DNA from: Promethearchaeota archaeon
GTDB taxonomy: Archaea; Asgardarchaeota; Lokiarchaeia; Sigyniarchaeales; SOKP01
NCBI GenBank assembly: GCA_019058365.1
Contig: JAHPZE010000021.1
Location: forward strand, 1 to 64,000
Reading direction: 5' to 3'
Length of the DNA: 64,000 nt
The notes beneath the pieces were generated by a model. The model searched no databases. It saw only the letters and a program-made list of their open reading frames with translations, and had not been told where the DNA came from. Each line of letters starts with the position of its first letter. Positions within the stretch are counted from its first letter, which is position 1. The position numbers and the translations under genes are program-made. Positions 1 through 7,994 of this stretch are shown piece by piece.

Positions 1-205
1 AACCAAGATACCGAAATATTTAAAACCCATCACTGGGTTTTGTAACTACCCAAAATAAATGAATATAGATTTTCTTGGATCTGTAAATGGGGAGTCAGAT
101 TAAAAGATGCCTTAATAGTTAGTAAAGGATAATGTGAACAAATAACTTATGCTTTAAATTAGAATTTTTCAGATCTCTAACTGGGAGTATTATAAGAAAA
201 AAGAG

Positions 206-350
206 AAAAAATCGGAAAACATGATAATCAAAATCAAAAAGAGGAGACAGTATTTATCTAATAACAGGGTTAAGGGTTGAGGTATTTAGCCGATTCAACG
301 GCATTAGGTATAAGAATATATTTTAGTATCATGATTATCCGATCTTTTTT
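206..350. repeat. Imperfect ~30-bp inverted repeat (206-234 / 320-350) with internal stems; candidate structured RNA or MITE-like relic
   Basis: AAAAAATCGGAAAACATGATAATCAAAAT aligns with the reverse complement of 320-350, AAAAAAGATCGGATAATCATGATACTAAAAT. Inner pairings are 255-262/303-310 and 289-292/299-302. Confidence 0.5.
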
Positions 351-546
351 TGTTTTACATCATTTAATATTCATCAAAAACTAGTATTTAAGGATTTCCT
401 TTTTTTCTCATGACAAAATTGACTTTAATGTTAAGGCTCAATATTAGCTAATCTTAAAGAATTATAATTATTTTTGCAATTTTAATAACGATTTGATAAG
501 ATCTTTAAAAATAATTCTATTCTTACGACTTTTTTATATTTTATGA

Positions 547-1374
547 TTATTGGTAATGTAATTTTTTCTGAATTTTATTAATAATTCTGTGATTTAATTC
601 AATTTTTTTTTCTTTTGTTAATTCTAAAAGTGTTTGCAAAATCAAGGACAATCCATATTTTTGTTTAAAACGTGTAATGATTGAGTTGAGTATTTTCTTG
701 TGATTTGTTTCCTTTTTTAAATTTCTCTTGTAAAAACTAATAATTTGACTTTTGATTACTCGTTTTATGCTTTTGTCGTAGAATCTAGCTAGTTTAAACT
801 CATTAAATTCTACGCATAGTAAATTCCAACTTGGAATTTTGGTATAATTAACATTTTTGATATAATAACCCTCATATTTTGTTCGGAAAATTTTTCGGTT
901 TTTTTTATTTGAAGAATCAGAGAAATGTAAAGCAAAAGGAACAGAGATTGTAGTTTTATCTTCATAAAAGTTAAAATTAACATAATATACTCTTCCACCA
1001 TACATCCTATGTAAAAAATTTTCAACTGGTCCAATCTTTATATTTTTTTTATCTTGAGGAAATTTTGGTGAAGCAATGCAAGAACCATTTCCATAGAGGA
1101 TCCATAAAACATATATTTCATTCTTGTTATAATGTTCAGTCCGAGCAATTATTTCTTTTACTGAAATTTTTGAATTCTGGACTTCTATAACAATTTGCTC
1201 CCCTGAATTTAACCTAAAATAAACATCTGCTCTTCTCTTATTAATATATTTTTCAAGTGATTTCTCTCTAACATTTTTGTTATTTTCGGAAATAAATTTG
1301 AAAAATAATTTTTTAATTGCTTTATGATAAAAAGATTCCGATTTAGTGTTATGAGTGGACAAAAGATTAGACAT
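547..1374 (-). CDS. Competence protein CoiA-like PD-(D/E)xK nuclease
   Basis: ES-x2-H-x3-K motif, then RRADVYF...IVIEVQNSKI...RTEHY...VLWIL, typical of the CoiA nuclease domain. No N-terminal Zn finger is visible. Confidence 0.7.
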   Translation of the reverse strand: MSNLLSTHNTKSESFYHKAIKKLFFKFISENNKNVREKSLEKYINKRRADVYFRLNSGEQIVIEVQNSKISVKEIIARTEHYNKNEIYVLWILYGNGSCIASPKFPQDKKNIKIGPVENFLHRMYGGRVYYVNFNFYEDKTTISVPFALHFSDSSNKKNRKIFRTKYEGYYIKNVNYTKIPSWNLLCVEFNEFKLARFYDKSIKRVIKSQIISFYKRNLKKETNHKKILNSIITRFKQKYGLSLILQTLLELTKEKKIELNHRIINKIQKKLHYQ

Positions 1375-1516
1375 TTCATTTACCCATGTGATATTTTATC
1401 TTTATCTTGGTTAAGAAAAAAATATCTCTAAAAATAAATGGAAACGGGTAAAAGGATTAATAAATTTCATTAAAGGTATTAATTGTAATGCTAAGATAAA
1501 ATTATATTTGATAATT

Positions 1517-2710
1517 TCATGCTTTCCCTAAATTTGGTAGAAATTTCTCATTAGAGATTTCTATTAGACTTTTTGTATAATCTATAATTTGTTTCGCAAC
1601 TTCTGGATGTGAAAGCATTTGAACTTCTACTTTTTCTCCTCTATCCCACAATAAATAAGGAGTTTCTTCAAAGGGGACACTTTTTTTAACTTCTTGTATC
1701 CAACTATCTGGTAATTCATTTTTTAACTCTACATCAAGCATTCTTGCTAAAAAAATAGTCCATGCTCTTGGAACTACTGTCATTAGATAACCACCACCTC
1801 CTACCGCTAACCATTTGTTTTGGCAATACTCACGAGCAGAGGTTTTAAGTGTTTGAGCAATGTCTCTATAAACTGCTAAAGAAAAGCCCATTTGAGTTAA
1901 AGGGTCATCATAATATGTATCAACACCGAGTTGTGTTATTAAAATATCAGGGGCATATGTTTCTAATAATTTTGGTGCGGTTTTTCTGAATAAATTTTTA
2001 AATGGTTTGTTAAATGTTCCAGGAAGCAACGGAAAGTTAATAGAGAAACCTTTTCCTTTTCCCTCTCCAATCTCATTAATACTTCCTGTTCCTGGAAAGA
2101 GAAATCTTCCATCTTGGTGATAAGATATTGTTAAAACATTGGGATCATCATAAAATAACCATTGAACACCATCTCCATGGTGACAATCAATATCCAAATA
2201 AGCAATTCTAATATCTTCTTTTAATTTTTTTAAATGTTTAATTGCAACTCCAATATCATTGAAAATACAAAATCCTGAAGCTTTATCCTTCATAGCATGG
2301 TGTAACCCACCTGCTGGATTAAAAGAAATTTTAAATTCTTCATTGCTCCAAACCGTTTCTGCTGCTATAATAGTCGCTCCACACACTAAAGCAGATGCTT
2401 CATACATTCCTTTAAATATTGGATTATCTCCCGGACCCAATCCATATCGATAGGAAACCACACTTTTATCTTCGGGATTTTCACTTAATTTTTTAACAAC
2501 TTCTACATATTGTGGCGAATGCACTCTTTCAATTTCTTGTTGTGTGGCGAGTCGTGGGCTCATAATTGTAAGCCTTTCATGATTTAAGAGGTTCAATTTT
2601 TCCATCAGACTATAGGTTAATTTAAGTCTTAAGGGCCTTAAAGGGTGATCTTTGCCAAAATTGTATTTCTGATACTCCTCAGTATAAATTAAACCAACTT
2701 TATCAACCAT
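1517..2710 (-). CDS. acuC: Zn-dependent deacetylase, histone deacetylase/AcuC family
   Basis: HPLRP, GGLHHA, SGFCIFND, DIDCHHGDG, FPGTG, GVDT..DDPL and GGGGY motifs. Confidence 0.9.
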   Translation of the reverse strand: MVDKVGLIYTEEYQKYNFGKDHPLRPLRLKLTYSLMEKLNLLNHERLTIMSPRLATQQEIERVHSPQYVEVVKKLSENPEDKSVVSYRYGLGPGDNPIFKGMYEASALVCGATIIAAETVWSNEEFKISFNPAGGLHHAMKDKASGFCIFNDIGVAIKHLKKLKEDIRIAYLDIDCHHGDGVQWLFYDDPNVLTISYHQDGRFLFPGTGSINEIGEGKGKGFSINFPLLPGTFNKPFKNLFRKTAPKLLETYAPDILITQLGVDTYYDDPLTQMGFSLAVYRDIAQTLKTSAREYCQNKWLAVGGGGYLMTVVPRAWTIFLARMLDVELKNELPDSWIQEVKKSVPFEETPYLLWDRGEKVEVQMLSHPEVAKQIIDYTKSLIEISNEKFLPNLGKA

Positions 2711-2906
2711 AATTGTTATATAAATTAAAATTCCTTTTAATTTTATTATTGTATATTACAAATCTCTTTTATTATTCTAGGTAATAGTTGATAAGTTGTA
2801 AAAAAAAGTAGTAATAAATATGAGAACTTGTATTATCAAAATATCATAGAAAAAAATAAATGTATTCGTAGATAGTTCATATAAAATTAGTTATCATCTT
2901 AAGAGA

Positions 2907-3461
2907 ATGAGCCAAAACTTCCGAAAATTCATCACTCGAGTCGGTCAACAATCAGAGTTTAAACCTCTCAAGAACCAATTACTTAACAATTTAAAGAAAG
3001 AGAGCGAAAATAAATATAAAAATTACCCTCGGCTTTTAGAATTAATGCAAAATTATTGGCCTCAATACAAAGAACGTTCTCGCATTTCTAATCTCTTAGT
3101 AGATCATCATGAGGAAATCTTTAGTTTTTATTTGAATACATTTTTTCATTTTCGGAAGAAGGGTTTATCATTCTCAGAACCAGAAGCTCCAACTCCAGTT
3201 GATTTCAAATTAGTATTTAAGTATCACTATAACGATAAAGAAATCGAAATTATTAAAGACGTAATAAGTCAATTAAATCTTCAAGTTAAAACAGAGTCAA
3301 TTTTAAAGAGAATCTTTATCTTTGCAATAAGTTCTTTTGGTTTTATGGTTGAGCAAATATTTGGGAGACCTTTTGCATTTCAATTTTTTGATATATCCGC
3401 AAATCCTCTTCCTAATGATGAATGGGAAGTAGTAGCGATAATTTCTGGAAGAGAACAATAA
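2907..3461 (+). CDS. Hypothetical protein (184 aa)
   Basis: ATG-start ORF filling the space between two minus-strand genes; no motif recognised. Confidence 0.7.
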   Translation: MSQNFRKFITRVGQQSEFKPLKNQLLNNLKKESENKYKNYPRLLELMQNYWPQYKERSRISNLLVDHHEEIFSFYLNTFFHFRKKGLSFSEPEAPTPVDFKLVFKYHYNDKEIEIIKDVISQLNLQVKTESILKRIFIFAISSFGFMVEQIFGRPFAFQFFDISANPLPNDEWEVVAIISGREQ

Positions 3462-3489
3462 AAAATACAATACAATATTAAAATGCAAT

Positions 3490-3918
3490 TTAATCTTTAC
3501 TAAGAAATGAGCTTAAATCCATCAGATCATCCCCTCGTTTCACCTGTATCTTAGATTTTATCCCTTTAACTTTCCGTTCTAAATATATAATTGCATCTAA
3601 AGGGATTTTTCTTGGAACTCCTCCTTGCTTTTGAATTATTGCAAGTAAATAATCAATACTTTGTACCACATCTGGGCTAATTAATTCATTATAAATGGCT
3701 TGATAGACATTTGGCTCATTGTTCTTAATATTATTTAAATAATTATAAGCGTCTGGAGCTAGAACAACTCTTAAGACATAATCTATTTTTTCAGAAACAG
3801 AAACAATTCTTTCTTGAGCTGCTTCTTTTATCTTTTTAGCGTCCATTATTGCCTTCATTTTTCTCATACGAATTTTCTCAAGCTCATGCTGATCAAAATT
3901 AGGGTCTTTTTGATTCAT
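3490..3918 (-). CDS. PDCD5/TFAR19-like double-stranded DNA-binding protein
   Basis: ELEKIRMRKM...VLRVVLAPDAYNYLNNIK...P...AIYNELI follows the PDCD5 pattern ELxxIRxxR...LRxILTPEARxRLxxI...P. Confidence 0.65.
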   Translation of the reverse strand: MNQKDPNFDQHELEKIRMRKMKAIMDAKKIKEAAQERIVSVSEKIDYVLRVVLAPDAYNYLNNIKNNEPNVYQAIYNELISPDVVQSIDYLLAIIQKQGGVPRKIPLDAIIYLERKVKGIKSKIQVKRGDDLMDLSSFLSKD

Positions 3919-3969
3919 ATAATTATTTTCTCATCATTTATGTATTTTTCATTCGAATATTAAATATTA

Positions 3970-4123
3970 TGGTCCCTCCCCCCGGAATCTAGTGGGATTC
4001 GATCCAAATCCATATTTCGAGCCGGGGACCGCTCGGTTTCGGCTGACGTAACTTCATTAGCTACAAGCTTTAGTACGCGATATTATCTACAGCCGAGCAC
4101 TCTAACCACTGAGTTAGGGAGGG
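3970..4123 (-). tRNA. tRNA-Tyr(GUA) with two introns (about 4038-4086 at position 37/38 and about 3987-4015 in the T-loop), CCA encoded
   Basis: Minus strand: acceptor CCCTCCC/GGGAGGG-A-CCA; D arm ACTC-AGTGGTTA-GAGT; anticodon stem CTCGG/CCGAG with CT-GTA-G; T stem CCCGG/CCGGG. C1-G72 is the archaeal/eukaryotic Tyr identity pair. Confidence 0.92.
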
Positions 4124-4157
4124 GTTATTTTTTAAATTAAGTAATGTAATTATAGAA

Positions 4158-4171
4158 TTTATATATTTTTT
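4158..4171 (-). promoter_or_regulatory. Putative BRE/TATA promoter of the tRNA-Tyr gene
   Basis: Minus-strand AAAAAATATATAAA about 35-48 nt upstream of the tRNA 5' end. The AT-rich background weakens the call. Confidence 0.35.
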
Positions 4172-4403
4172 ACGTTTTTTTGAATTAGGATTAGAGTTAA
4201 CAAATTTATACAAGATATAATAGTGATTTTTTATTTAACAAAACTTAAAAATTACTTATATTATAAGAATATTAACCCAAAAATTCTACAACTAAAAATC
4301 GTAAAATACTTTTGTTGTGAAAAATTTTTAATATATTAATCTATAATTTTATAACATTAAACTAATATAACAATTACAATTTAAATGCAAAATTAAAAGA
4401 TGG

Positions 4404-4922
4404 GTGATAATCATCAGAGAAGAAACAGACTATACTGAGGCAATCGAGTCATATAAAAACGAACCCCTCATAATTTTAGAACCATGGGGTAGAAGTATTG
4501 ATCATTTAAGACTTACCATCATTGGGAAAAAAGGAACTCCTTATGCTGATGGTAAGTTTGTATTTGAAATCAAGTTTCCTGAAAACTACCCATTTGCTCC
4601 TCCCTACGCATATGCTGTCACTTTAATGTGGCATCCTAATATTGATTCTTCAATTCCTCCTGGAAAATTAAATATATGTTTAGATTTAATTAATCCAGAT
4701 CTTGTAGGCAAAGTTGACGCTAGTACTGGTGCATCAGGTTGGACTCCAAGTAAGACACTTACAAATATTATAGAAGCATTAAAAGGGATGATGCATGTTG
4801 AACCTCCCTTCTTTAATCCTGGAGATCCATTAAATCATGAAGCAGGTGAACAGTATTTTAGAGCACAGAAAAAGTTTGAGGCTAAAGCAAAATCATGGAC
4901 AGAAAAGTATGCAAAAGACTAG
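4404..4922 (+). CDS. Ubiquitin-conjugating enzyme E2-like protein (true start uncertain)
   Basis: G..GTPYADGKF, FPENYPFAPP, HPNI, catalytic ICLDLI, W-TP, NPGDPLNHEA and AKSWTEKYA form the complete UBC signature. Confidence 0.95.
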   Translation: MIIIREETDYTEAIESYKNEPLIILEPWGRSIDHLRLTIIGKKGTPYADGKFVFEIKFPENYPFAPPYAYAVTLMWHPNIDSSIPPGKLNICLDLINPDLVGKVDASTGASGWTPSKTLTNIIEALKGMMHVEPPFFNPGDPLNHEAGEQYFRAQKKFEAKAKSWTEKYAKD

Positions 4923-5042
4923 GAGATTAACCAAATCGTCAATCCCGAGCCTTCCTTTAATTAATTTTTATCTTTCATTTTTGATTTTTATGTTTTAGGG
5001 ATTTTAACCCAAAAAATTTATCAAATTCTCTAACAGATTATT

Positions 5043-5660
5043 ATGAATATTTCATTTGCAAACAAAAAAATCATAATTTTCGACTTAGATGGCACAGTAG
5101 TAAGATTATCAGCGGATTGGGATACTTTAAGAGATATTTTAATTGAAAGGTATAAGGAACATTATAATGAAGATTGTAATATTGAAAGAATTTCTACTTG
5201 TCTTAATGAAGTTGTTCAAAAGCAAGATGAAGCAATTTTGAGCAACTTTTTTGATTTGATTCGAGAATTTGAGCTTAAAAACATAAAAGATACTCAACTT
5301 ATTGAAGAAACTATTTTTTTTATTAATAATAAAGAATTATTTGGTGTTAAAAAAGAAGCGAAGTTTGCCATTCTCTCTCTTAATACAAGAAATACTATTA
5401 AATGGGCTTTAGAACTCGCAAATATAGTTAATAAGATAGAATATATTGTCGGTAGAGAAGATGTAAGGAAATGGAAACCCTCTCCTAAAGGTCTATTAAA
5501 GATTCAAAAATACTTTAAAATAAAGAAGGAAGAAATGATATATTTTGGGGATTTAGAACATGATATATTAACTGGGAAAAATGCTGGTATTGAATCCTAC
5601 TATATAGACGATTTAATAGAACTTGTAAATAAAACAAAAAGCAAAATAAAACAAAAATAA
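5043..5660 (+). CDS. HAD-superfamily hydrolase (phosphoglycolate phosphatase-like)
   Basis: FDLDGT motif I, KPSP, GDLEHD..GKNAG. Confidence 0.88.
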   Translation: MNISFANKKIIIFDLDGTVVRLSADWDTLRDILIERYKEHYNEDCNIERISTCLNEVVQKQDEAILSNFFDLIREFELKNIKDTQLIEETIFFINNKELFGVKKEAKFAILSLNTRNTIKWALELANIVNKIEYIVGREDVRKWKPSPKGLLKIQKYFKIKKEEMIYFGDLEHDILTGKNAGIESYYIDDLIELVNKTKSKIKQK

Positions 5661-5680
5661 AATAAATACTTCGAATAATC

Positions 5681-6235
5681 CTATACTTTTATAAAATTAA
5701 AGAGCTCCTCTTTTCTCTCAGAAAATTTAAATAAGTTGGTGCTGGTAATTTTGCTTATAATTACGTCATCTTTGAAATGATGGTCATCTACAGAAAGTGA
5801 CCCATTTTTTTTTAAAACACGGTGTAATTCTTCCAAGACACTCTTTGGATCTGAAAGATTATGGTAAATATCTAATAATAAAACAACGTCAATAGAATTT
5901 TCATCTAAATTTGTATTACAGTTAGTTAAAATTGTCTCAATATTATTTATTCCCTTTTTTCTTGCTCTGTTTTTAACTTCATTGATCGCTAAAGTATTAA
6001 TATCAGCAGCATATACTTTTCCTAAGTCGCCGACAACCTGTGCTGCCGCAATTGAGTAACTACCTGGACCACAGCCATAATCTAGTACAATACTTCCCTC
6101 TTTAATTTTAGTTTTTCTAATTTTATCAAGAGGAGGATACTCTTTGTCACGTTTTTCAAAATGTTTTACCATAAACTTAAAATGTGATTTACTCATTGGG
6201 CTATCTTTCTTTAACTTTTCTGGAATCAACAACAC
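5681..6235 (-). CDS. Class I SAM-dependent methyltransferase (start uncertain)
   Basis: VLDYGCGPG motif I, VYAADI, SIDVV, ELHRVLKKNG. Confidence 0.88.
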   Translation of the reverse strand: MLLIPEKLKKDSPMSKSHFKFMVKHFEKRDKEYPPLDKIRKTKIKEGSIVLDYGCGPGSYSIAAAQVVGDLGKVYAADINTLAINEVKNRARKKGINNIETILTNCNTNLDENSIDVVLLLDIYHNLSDPKSVLEELHRVLKKNGSLSVDDHHFKDDVIISKITSTNLFKFSERKEELFNFIKV

Positions 6236-6275
6236 CTTTTCTTCAGATATAAATTTATAATTAAAAAATTGAATT

Positions 6276-7865
6276 TCACATAAAAGAGATTATAACATTA
6301 TATTTTTTAATTTCTGACTCTGCTAAAGCTTTTCCTAGTGGAGTTAAAGATATAATATCATTGCTCTTTATTTTCAATGAAGTTAATTTAATATCGGGGT
6401 CTCTCAGTGAAGGCATATACGGATTCCAATAAATCTCTTTAGTCATTGGATTGGTTATCATCCATAAATCTGGATCTAACCCAAATCCTGTTACTTTCAT
6501 GGCTTTAAAGATATAACCCACATCCGCATCAAATGGAACAACAATTTGTACATTCTCTTCTCCTTCTATTTTCCCACAAGCTAGACAATCTTCTCTTTTA
6601 ATGATGTTTAGATGATCGAATTGGCCATATATTCCGTTATAATTTAAATATGGAGGATCCATAGGAGGGCCTATATTTCTCCCTTTAACTCTAAATAGCA
6701 ATTTTAATGCTTCTTGAGATTGTATACTAGCAATAACAGAGCTTACAGTTTGTATAGCTGCAATTTTATTACCTAGTATATTTTCCATTTCTTCGAATTT
6801 GTAATCAGGTCCAAATGTGTCTTCAATATTTTTTTTCCATTCTTTAATTTCTTCTTCTGTTAGAGTTTCTCTCTTTTCAGAAGAAAGATTTTCATTAAAT
6901 ACTCTTTCTCGCAGTTTCCTTAATTCTTCTTGAGCTAATTCTCTTAGCTTTATCACTTCATCGTTTAAATTCAAATCGGGTTTATGTCCATATTTTTTTT
7001 CAAACTCTACTTCCGCCTTTATTACACAGTGATTCCTATTGCGTGGTAAACCTTTTAATGTACATGCAGCAACGAGTTTATCATCGGCAGGAGGTATTGG
7101 CACTAAGCATCTATAACAGGGAGTTTGATCTAATAATTTTGGAGCATATTTCCAATCAAACACCATTTCTATTTCTTTTCGAATTTTATTGATAATAGGC
7201 GTTATTTTATCAGCTTTTATTGTCTCAATTTCTTCTTCTAATTCTTCAATTCTTTTTTGAGCCTGAAAATATTCGGGATATTCAATTTCAGATATTTCCC
7301 AAAGCTTTGCTTCAACTAAATTGTCAATTTCTCTGTCTCTATTCTTATATTGTACACCTGAACCTTCAGGAATTATAATTTGACAATGTGATTCAAATCC
7401 CACCGTTCCAGCTTCGACCATTGGTTTTTTTAATCTTAAACATATCTTATTTAAATCCAATCTCGCGTTAAAATTATCTAAAGCTGCGATTATAACATCA
7501 GATTCTTCATAAACGGACATTGGTAATTTCTGGAGTTTTTCGAAGTAAAAATCAACTTTAAGGTAAGGATTCATTTCCTTCAATCTTTCGGCAGCAACTT
7601 CAGCTTTAGGACGACCTTCATCCCCAGGCTTAAAGAGCATTTGTCGTGATAAATTAGAAGTTTCAATTGTATCTAGATCAACAAGGATCAACTTACCAAT
7701 TCCCATTAGAGCAAAATCTTTAGCTATTTCGCAACCAAGGGCGCCTATACCAATAATCATGATTGTTCCATTATCTATTGTCTCTTGATCCCAGCCTTCA
7801 ATTAATTGTTGTCTAGCATACATACGGGACTTAACAATATCATCTGTTTTTTCAGTCATTTTCAA
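6276..7865 (-). CDS. Ubiquitin-like activating enzyme E1 (UBA2/UBA3-type; likely start ATG at 7859)
   Basis: YARQ, GIGALG, DLDTIETSNLSRQ, KAEVA and ALDN adenylation motifs; Zn ligands CYRC and CLAC; catalytic ACTLKGLPRNRNHC; C-terminal UFD-like domain. Confidence 0.93.
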   Translation of the reverse strand: MKMTEKTDDIVKSRMYARQQLIEGWDQETIDNGTIMIIGIGALGCEIAKDFALMGIGKLILVDLDTIETSNLSRQMLFKPGDEGRPKAEVAAERLKEMNPYLKVDFYFEKLQKLPMSVYEESDVIIAALDNFNARLDLNKICLRLKKPMVEAGTVGFESHCQIIIPEGSGVQYKNRDREIDNLVEAKLWEISEIEYPEYFQAQKRIEELEEEIETIKADKITPIINKIRKEIEMVFDWKYAPKLLDQTPCYRCLVPIPPADDKLVAACTLKGLPRNRNHCVIKAEVEFEKKYGHKPDLNLNDEVIKLRELAQEELRKLRERVFNENLSSEKRETLTEEEIKEWKKNIEDTFGPDYKFEEMENILGNKIAAIQTVSSVIASIQSQEALKLLFRVKGRNIGPPMDPPYLNYNGIYGQFDHLNIIKREDCLACGKIEGEENVQIVVPFDADVGYIFKAMKVTGFGLDPDLWMITNPMTKEIYWNPYMPSLRDPDIKLTSLKIKSNDIISLTPLGKALAESEIKKYNVIISFM

Positions 7866-7994
7866 AAACGCTATTTTTTATTATTATAATATTTATATTT
7901 CAAGATCTAAATTTAAATTCTTTTAGTCGTTTATTACAAATAATAAGAAAATAATTTAGATAAATAGTTAATATTGTTTTTTAGAGGATAATTT

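Noticed and set aside
1-200. Possible cobalamin riboswitch
   Set aside because: Only scattered short matches; the conserved core and B12 box are not recognisable.
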